DNA of 53,722 nucleotides from a virus (IMGVR_UViG_3300021411_000125:1-53722), one strand, 5' to 3'; counted from the stretch's first letter, positions 1-9,907 are shown. Numbers and translations are program-made. Notes: generated by a model from the letters alone, not told the origin.

Positions 1-123
1 TAGCACCTCACCATTCGTGCCCGAGTTGACCATGTTTTGCAAGATCCACAATTACTCCGTGTCACCGCGTTGACCAGCGGTTTTGGGCCACTTCGGCTGA
101 GCGCCGTCCGATTGGAGTCGATC

Positions 124-489
124 ATGACCAAGCACAAGCCCCCGCCCCGCTTCGGCGACCGCGCCCTCGACCTGTGGAACGGCATCGCCAATAGTGGTCA
201 CTACGAGTTGCGAATTGACGAGCTGCTGATCCTCGAAGATGCCTGCCGCGAGATTGACTTGATCGAGCGCATGGAAGAGGAGCAGTCCGCCGGCAAGCTG
301 ACCGCTCTCGGATCCCAAGGTCAACCGGTGGCGGCGCCACTCATCGCCGAGCTCCGTCAGCACCGCGCGATGGTCGCCGCGCTGATGCGTCAGTTGAAGT
401 TGCCCGACTCTGGCGACGGCCGAGCTCAGCAGTCCACCACCGAGAAGGCTCGCATGGCCGCCAACACCCGGTGGGGTAACACCGCCTGA
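124..489 (+). CDS. terS: Terminase small subunit
   Basis: ATG 124 preceded by GGAG. Actinophage TerS-like pattern (LILEDACREID...GSQGQPVAAPLIAELRQHR...KARMAANTRW). TGATG overlap with TerL. Confidence 0.85.
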   Translation: MTKHKPPPRFGDRALDLWNGIANSGHYELRIDELLILEDACREIDLIERMEEEQSAGKLTALGSQGQPVAAPLIAELRQHRAMVAALMRQLKLPDSGDGRAQQSTTEKARMAANTRWGNTA

Positions 490-2276
490 TGGCTACTCTC
501 GTCCGGGCCTCGAAGGTCGACGAGAAGGCGGAGCTGGAACGGATCGAGAACTGGTATCGGCGTGAGTTGCACCGCCCGGTCGAGTTGCCGACCTACCGCT
601 TCGAGCCGGTGCGCATCGGGCCGACCTGGCAGACCGAGAAGGTCAACGGCGTCAATCGCTGGATCCTGCCGGAACGATCTCTCGGCTGGGAGGCACTGAC
701 GTTCTGTGGCCGGTGGCTACAGGTGACTCGTCAGGTGCCGTGGCAGTTCACGCTCGAGCAGGCGCGCTGGGTGTTGTGGTGGTACTCGCTCGAGAAGGAC
801 GGCTCCTGGACCTACCGCGACGCGGTGTTTCAACGGCTGAAGGGTCACGGCAAGGACCCCATCGGCGCGTGCCTGTCCATGAACGAAATGATCGGCAACT
901 GTCGCCTCGACGACTGGCGTGGTGACCGACCGATCGGGCGCCCGTTCGAAGAGGCGTGGATCCAGACCGCCGCCGTCTCGCTCGAGCAGACCAAGAACAC
1001 GATGCGGCTGCTACCCGGCATGGTTACGCCGGAGTGCAAGGCCCACTTCGGCGTCGCGGTACAGAAGGAGCAGGTCCACGCGCTCGGAGACACCCGCTTC
1101 ATGCAAGCGGTCACCAGCTCGCCGACCACGCTAGAAGGCGCTCGCGCATCGTTCGTCCTGATGAATGAGACGCACCATTGGCTGGCGAACAACTCCGGGC
1201 ACGACATGGCCGACGTGATCGAGCGGAACGCCACAAAGTCCCCCGGCGGCGCCGCGCGCACGGTACGAATCACCAACGCGTTCGAGGCGGGCCTCGATTC
1301 TGTTGCTGAACGTGATCGAGATGCCTACGAAGCGTCACTGGATAAGGATTCTCGCTCCGGTGGTTCGATCGGGCTGCTCTATGACTCGCTCGAGGCTGGC
1401 CCCGACGCTCCGCTGACCGCCGAAGATGCTCCAGAGATCATCAACACAGTCCGGGGCGACTCGACGTGGCTCGACATCAAGTCAATCGTCTCCTCGATCA
1501 TGGACTCCCGGAACCCGGCCAGCCGGAGCCGTCGCTTTTGGTACAACCAGATCGACTCGGCGGCCGACTCCTGGATGACTCGCAACTCTTGGGACTTGAT
1601 CTCGGCACCGAACAAGATGGTGCAGCCACGCGAGCAAGTCGCGGCGTTCTTCGACGGCTCCAAGAACGACGACACCACCGCGCTGGTCGGGTGTCGGATT
1701 TCCGACGGCCATGTCTTCAAGATCGGCAGTTGGTCCCGGCCGCCCGGCGGAAAAGCGCCCGACGGCAGCCCTTGGATCGTCAAGCGAGATGAGGTCGACG
1801 GTGCCGTGCGCTCGATGTTCGAGGACTACGACGTCGTCGCTTTCTACGCGGACCCCTCGGACGTGCGGGACTCCGAAGGCGAACGGTTCTGGGAGCCGAT
1901 GCTCGATGGCTGGCACCGCGACTTCGGCCCCCACTTGAAGCACTGGGCGATCAAGTCGGGCGACCGGACCCATTCCATCGCGTGGGACATGCGCTCCCGA
2001 GAGAGGACGTCGCTGTTCACCGACGCCGCGCAGCGGTTCGTCACCGAAGTGCAGGACAAGGCGTTCACCCATGACGGCAGTCGCTCGATGCGCCAGCACG
2101 TGCTCAACGCGAAGCGCCGACCCAATGAGTTCGGCATCTCGCTCGGCAAGGAACACCGCGAGTCGCTGCGAAAGGTCGACCTCGCGGTGTGTGCCGTTGG
2201 CGCGCGGATGGTTCGCCGGATGTACCTAAACCGCTCCACCGATACTAAGAAGCCCCGCTCGGGAAAGGTCTGGTGA
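489..2276 (+). CDS. terL: Terminase large subunit (virion-operon copy)
   Basis: Walker A-like RLKGHGKD, Walker B FVLMNETHHW, nuclease motifs FFDGSKNDD and KVDLAV. Located upstream of the portal. Confidence 0.95.
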   Translation: MATLVRASKVDEKAELERIENWYRRELHRPVELPTYRFEPVRIGPTWQTEKVNGVNRWILPERSLGWEALTFCGRWLQVTRQVPWQFTLEQARWVLWWYSLEKDGSWTYRDAVFQRLKGHGKDPIGACLSMNEMIGNCRLDDWRGDRPIGRPFEEAWIQTAAVSLEQTKNTMRLLPGMVTPECKAHFGVAVQKEQVHALGDTRFMQAVTSSPTTLEGARASFVLMNETHHWLANNSGHDMADVIERNATKSPGGAARTVRITNAFEAGLDSVAERDRDAYEASLDKDSRSGGSIGLLYDSLEAGPDAPLTAEDAPEIINTVRGDSTWLDIKSIVSSIMDSRNPASRSRRFWYNQIDSAADSWMTRNSWDLISAPNKMVQPREQVAAFFDGSKNDDTTALVGCRISDGHVFKIGSWSRPPGGKAPDGSPWIVKRDEVDGAVRSMFEDYDVVAFYADPSDVRDSEGERFWEPMLDGWHRDFGPHLKHWAIKSGDRTHSIAWDMRSRERTSLFTDAAQRFVTEVQDKAFTHDGSRSMRQHVLNAKRRPNEFGISLGKEHRESLRKVDLAVCAVGARMVRRMYLNRSTDTKKPRSGKVW

Positions 2277-2284
2277 GACTCCCC

Positions 2285-2392
2285 ATGCAGTCAGTCTTCG
2301 AGTTCGGAGGGTCGGTGATCAACGCGGCCGTCTTCGTTTACCTGACCAGCGAGCTAGCTACCTTCTACCGGACGCTAGAGAGTTACCTGTGA
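2285..2392 (+). CDS. Small hypothetical protein (35 aa)
   Basis: Read by hand from ATG 2285; fills the gap after terL and overlaps the next start (GTGA). Confidence 0.4.
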   Translation: MQSVFEFGGSVINAAVFVYLTSELATFYRTLESYL

Positions 2393-3042
2393 AGCGCTGG
2401 TTACTCGCCCCGATGGTCGTCGTGGCGATGCTGGCACTGACCGCCCCCGCGTTGGCCAGTTCTTGGCATCACCGAAACCACGAGGACAGGTCGTATTCCG
2501 CCTGGTACGAAGATCGCGGGGGCGATGACGAAGACTCTGACGAGGTCTGGGACGACGAGGATTCCAACTCTGAAGAGGACGATTCAGACTCGGGTGATAC
2601 ACCGACGGCAGACCCAGTTGTGGGTCCGGTCGTCGTCACGGGTGCGGAGAAGAGCATCCAGGCTGAGCTGACCGGTTACTCCTACCAGGACAACACCCCG
2701 CCCGGTAGCGCTGATATCTGCTGCCCGCAGCTCCACCAGAAGGCCGGCGGCCAGGGTACTTACGCGGACCCGATCACGACTGCCGTGGCCTCCAGTTCGT
2801 TCCCGCCCGGCACCCGGTTCTACATCCCGCCGATCAAGCGTTACGTGATCGTGGAGGATTCCGGCGCCAGCGACGGACAGAACCACCTGGACATCTGGGT
2901 CGGCGGCCAGGGTCACTCAAAGTCCGACTCCGACGCCTGCATGGACGACTTCACCGGAAACGCCACGATCATCCAGAACCCCGCCCCCGGACACCCTGTC
3001 GTCCCCGGAGAGCTCACTGGCTCCGGCGGCTGCAACATCTGA
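2389..3042 (+). CDS. Secreted 3D (Asp-Asp-Asp)/DPBB-like domain protein, possibly peptidoglycan-active
   Basis: Signal peptide (APALA/S), acidic linker, then TGY...PGTRFYIP...IVEDSG...HLDIWVG, resembling 3D/MltA-like barrels. Confidence 0.6.
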   Translation: MKRWLLAPMVVVAMLALTAPALASSWHHRNHEDRSYSAWYEDRGGDDEDSDEVWDDEDSNSEEDDSDSGDTPTADPVVGPVVVTGAEKSIQAELTGYSYQDNTPPGSADICCPQLHQKAGGQGTYADPITTAVASSSFPPGTRFYIPPIKRYVIVEDSGASDGQNHLDIWVGGQGHSKSDSDACMDDFTGNATIIQNPAPGHPVVPGELTGSGGCNI

Positions 3043-3071
3043 CCCGCGCACAGAAAGCGAGACGCTCCCCC

Positions 3072-4043
3072 ATGAGCCTGCCCACCATCAACGGCCGCAA
3101 GTTGGGCCGCAAGGCATTCGACCCTTCCCGCCCGAACGTCATGATGAGCCGACTGCGTACTGCCACGCTGAGCCCACCGGTGCAGTCCGACTGGTGGTGC
3201 GCCGCGATGGACACCATGGCCCTGAACGACCAGGTCGGCGACTGCACCATGGCCGATCAGGTTCACTCGGTGACGAGCTTGCAGTTCTACGGCCAGGCCA
3301 AGACGATCGTGGTCCCGGACTCCGAGACGCTCAAGGGCTACTCAGCCGTCAGCGGCTACGACCCGAGGACCGGCAAGAACGACAACGGCGCCACCTTGCA
3401 GGATGCCTTCGACTACGCGCGCAAGACCGGCTTCGTCGTCGGCGGCGTGGCGTACAAGACCGAGGCGTTTGCCCAGCTCGATGCGATCGACTCTCGGGGT
3501 AGCGTTGACTGGGACCTGATCAAGGTCTGCATGGACGCATTCGGCGGGGCCAGCATCGGCATGGTCTTCCCCGACTTCGCCATGGACCAGTTCGACAACA
3601 ACCAGGTCTGGGACTACAACCCCCGCAAGCGCTACCGCGAAGAAGGCGGCCACGACGTGCGGCTGGTCGGCTTTGGCATGGACGGAACCACGCCGTACCT
3701 CGACTGCGAGACCTGGGCGCAGAAGCACCGGATGACGATCCCGTTCGCCGAGAAGTTCATCGAAGAGTATTGGGTTCACGGTGAGCGTGACTGGCAGCGC
3801 CCCGACGGCACTGTGCCCAACGGCATCGACGCTGACTCAGCGCTCGCTCAGTTCTCCGCGCTGACCGGAGAGACCGGCAACCCGGGATGGGATTCCCCCG
3901 ACGTGCCCCCGGTCGTTGTGCCCCCGGTGGATCCGCCGGTCCCGACCGATGCCGACGGTCAGCTCGCCGACGCCTACGACCGTTCTCCGATCACGGAGTT
4001 CTCGACCGCGTTCAACTTATGGCGCGCCGGCAAGGGCGTCTGA
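3072..4043 (+). CDS. Papain-like (C1-type) cysteine peptidase-like protein
   Basis: NDQVGDCTMA (Cys), EEGGHDVRLVGF (His) and downstream TW motif in papain-fold order; Pro-rich tail. Confidence 0.65.
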   Translation: MSLPTINGRKLGRKAFDPSRPNVMMSRLRTATLSPPVQSDWWCAAMDTMALNDQVGDCTMADQVHSVTSLQFYGQAKTIVVPDSETLKGYSAVSGYDPRTGKNDNGATLQDAFDYARKTGFVVGGVAYKTEAFAQLDAIDSRGSVDWDLIKVCMDAFGGASIGMVFPDFAMDQFDNNQVWDYNPRKRYREEGGHDVRLVGFGMDGTTPYLDCETWAQKHRMTIPFAEKFIEEYWVHGERDWQRPDGTVPNGIDADSALAQFSALTGETGNPGWDSPDVPPVVVPPVDPPVPTDADGQLADAYDRSPITEFSTAFNLWRAGKGV

Positions 4044-4045
4044 CT

Positions 4046-4162
4046 GTGCTGGGCCTGTTCCGGTGGCTGGTCGCTGCTCATCGACGAGCGGTCATTCGCC
4101 GGAACAGTCCCGGCCGCACATTGCGCCGCGAGGTGCTCCAACGACGTAAGGACACGACGTGA
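4046..4162 (+). CDS. Small basic hypothetical protein
   Basis: GTG 4046; fills the gap and has a GTGA overlap with the portal start. Confidence 0.3.
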   Translation: MLGLFRWLVAAHRRAVIRRNSPGRTLRREVLQRRKDTT

Positions 4163-5700
4163 CGCTGGCCGACTCGGATCTGTCTTCCCTGGTCCAGGAC
4201 AAGTTGATCCCCGCGCTGAACAAGGAACGGCAGCGTCTGCGCCGGATCGACTGTTGGTACCGGTGGGATCACGAGGACGTCAAGCTGCCTCGTTCCGCGA
4301 CTGCTGAGCACCGCGCTTTGGTGAAGCTGTCCAAGGCGCCGTGGCTCGGTCTGGTTGTCACTTCGACCGCGCAGTGCCTGTTCGTGGACGGCTTCCGCAG
4401 CGTGCTTGACCCGGTCGGTGACCCCGAGGAAATCAACGCGCAGCTGCGTCAGAAGCCTGATTCGCCGCCGCTGCCGGTCAAGGACAAGCCGATCCTTCCT
4501 GAGGGGCCGTGGCGTATCTGGCTGGCGAATCAGATGGACAAGAAACAGGCCGCGATCCACCGCGCCGCGCTCGCCTACGGCTACACCTTCGCTACCGTGC
4601 TGCCGGGCGTCGACTTCACCGGTGAAGACATGCCGGTCATCCGTGGCGTCTCCCCGCGCAAGATGATCGCTCTCTATGAAGACCCGGCGAGTGACGATTG
4701 GCCGAAGTACGCCATGGAGCGCCTCGACTCCGACAAGGGCGAAGAGCGCTACCGGGTGTTCGATGAGAGCGACGTCTACACCGTCGTTCTCAAGACCGTG
4801 AAGCCTGACGACGGAAAGCCCAACTTCAAGATCGAGAAGCGCGAGACTCACGGCGCCAACGTCTGCCCCGTGGTGCGTTACTGCAACGAGCTCGACCTCG
4901 ATGGCCGGACCCCCGGTGAAGTAGAGCCGCACATCGCGCTGGCCGCTCGGATCAACAAGACCAGCTACGACCGGCTGCTCACCCAACACTTCAACAGCTG
5001 GAAGATCCGCTGGATTGCCGGTATGGCAGAGCCGGACACTGATGAGAACGCCGCTCGGGCGAAGCTGAAGCTGCAACAGAGCGACTTCTTGATTGCCGGC
5101 GACGCGGATACGAAGTTCGGCTCGTTCCCCGAGACGGGGTTGACTGGATTCATCGACGCGCACGAGGCTGACGTAGAAGCCCTGGCCGCCGTCACCCAGA
5201 CCCCGACCCATGAACTCACCGGCAAGATGGTGAACCTCTCGGCGGAAGCGCTTGCGGCGGCTCGAGCGAGTCAGAGCCAGAAGGTCGACGAGCGCAAGAG
5301 GGCCTTCGGCGGCGCCCACACTCAGGCTCTGCGCCTCGCCAGCTTCCTTGACGGCGACGACGAGCACGCCAAGGACATCACCGGCCGGGTCACCTGGCAG
5401 GACACCTCGATTCGCTCGATGGCCCAAGCTGTTGATGCACTCGGCAAGGCCGCGACGATGTTGCACGTCCCCGATCAGGCGCTCTGGTCGCGCATCCCGG
5501 GCGTGGAGAAGTCCGACGTCGCGGAGTGGGAGCGGCTGCGGAAGATGCAGGACCCGCTCGAGCAGATGACCGCGAATCTCGACCGTCAGGCTAAGGCAAC
5601 GCAGCTCGCGGCCAAGGGCGTGCCGGGTGACCAGTCGAGCACCAGCAACGGCACTGCTCCGAAGCCGAAGGCGTCCGCTACCGCGAAGCCGGCGGGCTGA
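4159..5700 (+). CDS. Portal protein (SPP1 gp6-like)
   Basis: 513 aa, synteny, and motifs PWLGLVV, CPVVRYCN, GEVEPHI, LSAEAL, LWSRIPG typical of actinophage portals. Confidence 0.93.
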   Translation: MTLADSDLSSLVQDKLIPALNKERQRLRRIDCWYRWDHEDVKLPRSATAEHRALVKLSKAPWLGLVVTSTAQCLFVDGFRSVLDPVGDPEEINAQLRQKPDSPPLPVKDKPILPEGPWRIWLANQMDKKQAAIHRAALAYGYTFATVLPGVDFTGEDMPVIRGVSPRKMIALYEDPASDDWPKYAMERLDSDKGEERYRVFDESDVYTVVLKTVKPDDGKPNFKIEKRETHGANVCPVVRYCNELDLDGRTPGEVEPHIALAARINKTSYDRLLTQHFNSWKIRWIAGMAEPDTDENAARAKLKLQQSDFLIAGDADTKFGSFPETGLTGFIDAHEADVEALAAVTQTPTHELTGKMVNLSAEALAAARASQSQKVDERKRAFGGAHTQALRLASFLDGDDEHAKDITGRVTWQDTSIRSMAQAVDALGKAATMLHVPDQALWSRIPGVEKSDVAEWERLRKMQDPLEQMTANLDRQAKATQLAAKGVPGDQSSTSNGTAPKPKASATAKPAG

Positions 5701-6626
5701 TGGCGGGAACCGAAGATGGCAAGCGGCTGACCGAGGCACACCGCCTACAGCAAGTCGAGATCCAGTTGCTGTTCCTTCGGGAGTTCATTCCGACGTGGCG
5801 ACTGATGAACTGGATCAAGATCGACGAGGTGTCTCAGGCGTGGCTCGCGGCGGTCATGCCGATCGTCGCAAAGTGGCGCCAAGAGTCCGCTGACGTCGCG
5901 GAATCGTATTACGACAGGTACCGTAAGGTAGAAGTACCACGATCATCTACTCCGGTGCCCGCTGTCGAGTTCGTTCATGCTCCAGAGCTACGGGGCCACC
6001 GTGAACCAGACGCGCCCGTTGTGGTCAACCTGGGGGATCGTCGCTCGCGCACTCGGGTTCGCCTCCCCCAGGACCGCGACACCAGCGACTGGGTTAAGCC
6101 GAAGATTGACTGGTCGAAGTTCGACGACTCCGCGCTGAAGGCTCTTCGTGGCGCCGGCCCGAACTACCTGAAGCAGCAGTCCGGCCGTGGCGAGACCGAA
6201 GAGCGCGCCATGCGCAAGGGGTTGCAGATCGTCTCCGGTACCGGCACCAAGCAGGTACTCGACGGCGGCCGGGAGACGATTCTCGAGCTGATCAAGTCCG
6301 ATCCGGTGATCAATCGGTACATCCGAGTAACCGACGGCGACCCGTGTGCGTTCTGCGCGATGCTCGCCAGTCGGGGCCCGGTGTATCTGACCGCCGAGTC
6401 CGCCGGTTTCCAAGCTCACGCCTCTTGTGCCTGCACCGCCGAACCCGTCGCCTCGAGCAACGCGGCCTGGCCTGGTCAAGCGGCTTACTACAAGCGGCTC
6501 TGGCGCGCGAACATCGAAGGTCGCTACTCCGGCCAGGACGCGATTAACGCCTGGCGCCGGCTGTACACAGACCTCCAACGCCAGGCCGCCGCTACTCCCG
6601 ATATCCAGCCAGGACAACTCGCCTAG
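5700..6626 (+). CDS. MuF-like minor head/capsid maturation protein
   Basis: Follows the portal; GGRETI...YIRV...CAFCAMLASRG...HASCACTAEP motif. Confidence 0.8.
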   Translation: MAGTEDGKRLTEAHRLQQVEIQLLFLREFIPTWRLMNWIKIDEVSQAWLAAVMPIVAKWRQESADVAESYYDRYRKVEVPRSSTPVPAVEFVHAPELRGHREPDAPVVVNLGDRRSRTRVRLPQDRDTSDWVKPKIDWSKFDDSALKALRGAGPNYLKQQSGRGETEERAMRKGLQIVSGTGTKQVLDGGRETILELIKSDPVINRYIRVTDGDPCAFCAMLASRGPVYLTAESAGFQAHASCACTAEPVASSNAAWPGQAAYYKRLWRANIEGRYSGQDAINAWRRLYTDLQRQAAATPDIQPGQLA

Positions 6627-7243
6627 CACCAAATGTGACGGCGACAGAAGCGCGACTTGTGGTCGTCGTGCGGAATCGGCACCGGGATGTAGGTGTGATC
6701 GTCGCTCGGAGCTGATGCGACCACGGCCTCGCCGTTACAGTTTCGGCCGTTGGAATCGAGACTGCGCAGGTTGTCCACATAGCTAGCGCTGGCGTCATTG
6801 TGGCCCGCATACACGGCCGTGTGGTCGTAGGTGACCATCTGCTCGCCGAAGTCGCCACCGGTGACCAAGACGTAGCGCAGCAGTCGACCGTAGCGATCCT
6901 TGTCGGGGCTACCAGGCTCGGAGCGCAGTGAAACGCCGTTGGACAGCAACAGCTCGGCGGTCTCCTTAGCTCTCGGGCCACCGGCGGTGGACATCTCGCA
7001 GGAGTCGATGCCGAGGACGCGAATCCGCTGACCAGTGTCGATGTCGAACGTGTCGCCGTCGATCACCTTCGTCACCGAGCGGTTGGCTTCGTCCACGTTG
7101 AAACCGGGGCCGTAGGCGATCCGTTCGCTCGGCGTCATCTCCTGCTCGGCGCTGTGCGCGACAACCGGGTCTGGGCTGCCACAACTGACCAGCACTACGG
7201 CTAGCGCTACGACGCTGAGCCAGTTCTTTCTACGTGTCCTCAT
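6623..7243 (-). CDS. Thermonuclease (SNase-like) lipoprotein
   Basis: ATG 7243; basic N-terminus and lipobox LVSC; VIDGDT, IRVLGIDSCE and DRYGRLLRYV are SNase motifs. Confidence 0.88.
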   Translation of the reverse strand: MRTRRKNWLSVVALAVVLVSCGSPDPVVAHSAEQEMTPSERIAYGPGFNVDEANRSVTKVIDGDTFDIDTGQRIRVLGIDSCEMSTAGGPRAKETAELLLSNGVSLRSEPGSPDKDRYGRLLRYVLVTGGDFGEQMVTYDHTAVYAGHNDASASYVDNLRSLDSNGRNCNGEAVVASAPSDDHTYIPVPIPHDDHKSRFCRRHIWC

Positions 7244-7252
7244 GACGAAGAG

Positions 7253-7273
7253 AATGCCACAAATTGAGGCATT
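7253..7273. promoter_or_regulatory. Palindromic operator/promoter motif AATGCCACA-AAT-TGAGGCATT
   Basis: Near-perfect 21-bp inverted repeat overlapping a - strand TG-n-CATTCT -10, 7 nt before the nuclease ATG. Related copies at 36028, 40590 and 45851. Confidence 0.7.
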
Positions 7274-7340
7274 ACCACAAGTGTCCCGCGACACACGGTC
7301 ACGGGTGCCCCGCAACGGGGTTGAGCAAGGAGAAGCCGCA

Positions 7341-7916
7341 ATGGCCGACGAAGACCCGAATGCAAGCGCTACCGACGACGAAGGCAAGCCTGGTACCGCC
7401 GCTGGTTCGAACGGCGACGGCGCGGGGTCGGCCGCTGACCCAGGTGACGGCGACTCCGGAACGGAGACCGTCGACTACAAGGATCAGGCCGAGAAGTGGA
7501 AGAAGCTGTCCCGCCAGAACGAGAAGAACCTGCGTGATGCGCAGTCGAAGATCAAAGAGTTCGAGGACAAGACCCTGTCGGAGTCGCAGCGCCTGGAAAA
7601 GGAGCGCGATGCCTTCAAGTCCACGGCGGAAACGTCGTCCACCGAGCTTGAGCGTTACAACATCGCTATCGAGAGTGCACCGGAGCACGCGACGCTTGCC
7701 CAGCTGCGCAAAGTAGCGAAGCGGATTCGCGGCGACTCCGCCGAAGCTCTCGAAGCCGATGCGAAAGAGCTGTGGGAAGACTACGCCCCCGCTCAGAAGT
7801 CCCCGCCCACTGCGGGCAAGCCCAAGGAACGACTCAAGGGCGGCGCTGACCCGGACGACGAGCCGGATGAGATGGACCCGGCAAAGATCGTCGCTGCCAT
7901 CCCCCGGGCGCGCTGA
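7341..7916 (+). CDS. Capsid scaffolding protein
   Basis: AAGGAG RBS before ATG 7341; acidic N-terminus, WKKLSR..E coiled coil; directly upstream of the capsid gene. Confidence 0.88.
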   Translation: MADEDPNASATDDEGKPGTAAGSNGDGAGSAADPGDGDSGTETVDYKDQAEKWKKLSRQNEKNLRDAQSKIKEFEDKTLSESQRLEKERDAFKSTAETSSTELERYNIAIESAPEHATLAQLRKVAKRIRGDSAEALEADAKELWEDYAPAQKSPPTAGKPKERLKGGADPDDEPDEMDPAKIVAAIPRAR

Positions 7917-7985
7917 AAACCACCGCACGGCTGTGCCACGGCCGGGTCGCGGTAACAACACCCCCAAGACCCAAGGAGGTCTGTC

Positions 7986-9245
7986 GTGGCTAACAGCTAC
8001 CTGAAGGCGGAGAAGATCGCGGCTACCGCGCTCGGACTCCTCCAGCGTGAGATCGTGCTCCCCGGACTCGTTTGGCACAACGCCGGTGGCAGCTTCCAAG
8101 GTGCGGCCGGTGACACCATCACCATTCGCGTGCCTGCCCGCACCCAGGCCCGGTCCCGCACGCTGCGAGGCGCTCGCGGACTCGCCTCCGAAGGCACCGG
8201 CATCATCCAGATGGATGAACTGACCGAGCACAGCGTCGATGTGACGCTGGATGAGGCCATCTACTCGGCGATCCCGACCACCGATGAAGAGCTCACCCTC
8301 GACATCAACGATTTCGCCGCTCAGATCCTCGCTCCGCAGGTGCGCGCTGTCGCCGAGGGTCTTGAGAACAAGGTCGCCGACGAGATGGTCAACGCGACCT
8401 ATGCGCAGACCGTCACGATCCCCCGGGCCATGCTGCCGGGTGACACGGCTTCCTATGCCTCGCTCGACACCTGGGACGTGTTCCGTGGCCTGGCTCAGGT
8501 CCGCAAGCTGATGAACGTGGCCAATATCCCGCAGAATGACCGCATCATTGTGGTTGGGGCGGACATGGAGGAAGCGTTCCTCAACGACCCGCACCTCAAC
8601 CGTTTCGACGGTTCTGGAGACTCGGGTCCCGGCTCGGCTCTGCGCGACGCGACCCTGGGTCGGATCGCCGGTTTCAACCAGGTGGTCGTTTCCAACGCAC
8701 TGCCGGCGGCCTTCGGTGTCGCGTTCCACCGCACGGCCTTCGTTCTGTCTCTGCAAGCCCCGGCTGTTCCGAGCGGCGTTCCGTTCGGCACCAGCCAGAG
8801 CTACCAGGGTCTGGCGATGCGGTACCTGCGTGACTACGACTTCCGGAACGTGCAGGACCGGGGCATGGTCGATGTCTACGCGGGTACCAACACCGTGGTC
8901 GACGGTGTTGTGTCCGAGGTCCAGACGCTGACCCCGACCGGCACGATCAGCGGTGGCACTTTCACCCTGACCGCGCGGGGCTACACCACGGCGGCACTGC
9001 CCTTCAACGCCACCGCAACCGCCATCGCTGCCGCGCTGAGCGCCCTTCCGGGTGTCTTCGCTACCGCCACCGGTGGTCCGATCAGCACCACGGCCGTCGT
9101 TGTTACCTTCAGGGACTCCGGCGACATGGCGCAGATGACGGTGACCAACTCGCTGACCGGCACCTCACCGGTCGTCACGCCGACCACCACGACCAGCGGT
9201 GCGCCGACGTTCGTTCGGGCTATCAAGTTGGCCTTGCACGCCTGA
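7986..9245 (+). CDS. Major capsid protein (P22 coat-like) with an inserted beta-rich domain near the C-terminus
   Basis: AAGGAGG RBS; GDTITIRVP, TDEELTLDI.DFA.QIL.PQ, AFHRTAF, RYLRDYD, terminal FVRAIKL. Confidence 0.92.
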   Translation: MANSYLKAEKIAATALGLLQREIVLPGLVWHNAGGSFQGAAGDTITIRVPARTQARSRTLRGARGLASEGTGIIQMDELTEHSVDVTLDEAIYSAIPTTDEELTLDINDFAAQILAPQVRAVAEGLENKVADEMVNATYAQTVTIPRAMLPGDTASYASLDTWDVFRGLAQVRKLMNVANIPQNDRIIVVGADMEEAFLNDPHLNRFDGSGDSGPGSALRDATLGRIAGFNQVVVSNALPAAFGVAFHRTAFVLSLQAPAVPSGVPFGTSQSYQGLAMRYLRDYDFRNVQDRGMVDVYAGTNTVVDGVVSEVQTLTPTGTISGGTFTLTARGYTTAALPFNATATAIAAALSALPGVFATATGGPISTTAVVVTFRDSGDMAQMTVTNSLTGTSPVVTPTTTTSGAPTFVRAIKLALHA

Positions 9246-9250
9246 GTCGT

Positions 9251-9286
9251 AGCTGCCGCCGCTGGCTTCGGTCAGCGGCGGCAGCT
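9251..9286 (+). terminator. GC-rich hairpin after the capsid gene
   Basis: AGCTGCCGCCGCTG / CAGCGGCGGCAGCT stem with a cUUCGg loop; no U tract. Confidence 0.65.
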
Positions 9287-9312
9287 TCTACCTGCTCAGG
9301 GAGGTGAGTTGC

Positions 9313-9402
9313 ATGGCTTACGAATTCAAGGTCATAAAGGTAGCGGTCAGTAGCACCCCCGTAGACGTTTTCGTTCTCCATCACCTCGCTGAGGAGGTCT
9401 GA
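9313..9402 (+). CDS. Small hypothetical protein (29 aa)
   Basis: GGAGGTGA RBS, ATG 9313, TGATG overlap with the next gene. Confidence 0.5.
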   Translation: MAYEFKVIKVAVSSTPVDVFVLHHLAEEV

Positions 9403-9890
9403 TGGCTGAACTACTACTCCCGCCGCTGGCAAAGGTGTCCGACCTCGAAGCTCGCATGAAGCGCGAGTTCACCACGGACGAAGACCTCGCGGAAGCAGAG
9501 TCGGCGTTGGATGAAGCGTCGGAGATCGTCCGGGAAGAGTCACGCAAGGCGTGGGTCGACCCGGACGACTCTTCGATCGTCACCGCGCCGAGGATCGTTC
9601 GAATCATCGTGCTGCGGGTCGCCGAGCGAAAGCTTCGCAACCCCGACGGCCTGTCTTCCGAAACCGCTGGTGACTACTCGTATCAGCGCAACGGGGTAGG
9701 CGCTGATGGTGGCCTGTACCTCACGCCGTGGGAGCTCGAGGTACTGCGTCGCCAGGCGGGACTGACGGGTCTCTGGACCCAACCGACCACTCGCGGCGAC
9801 ATCTACTGCGACATGGTCTTCCTGGAGGACTCCTACGGCTGCGAGTTGTTCCCAGTCGGAGACCTCGGCGTCTATCCGTACTACGACTAA
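9402..9890 (+). CDS. Head-to-tail adaptor
   Basis: LA..SDLEAR...RNPDG.SSET.GDYSY...GLYLT..E pattern; synteny. Confidence 0.85.
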   Translation: MAELLLPPLAKVSDLEARMKREFTTDEDLAEAESALDEASEIVREESRKAWVDPDDSSIVTAPRIVRIIVLRVAERKLRNPDGLSSETAGDYSYQRNGVGADGGLYLTPWELEVLRRQAGLTGLWTQPTTRGDIYCDMVFLEDSYGCELFPVGDLGVYPYYD

Positions 9891-9907
9891 GGGCGGGTGA
9901 GCGAGCC

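Noticed and set aside
37-123. Longest-ORF starts in the track (e.g. 37, 7242, 7387, 9728, 10147, 23838, 25123, 26033, 44688, 52429)
   Set aside because: Downstream starts with RBS or stop-start coupling fit better and were used instead.
4078-5739. 553-aa - strand ORF
   Set aside because: Antisense shadow of the portal gene in high-GC DNA; no recognisable motifs.
7299-8756. 485-aa - strand ORF
   Set aside because: Antisense shadow of the scaffold and capsid genes.
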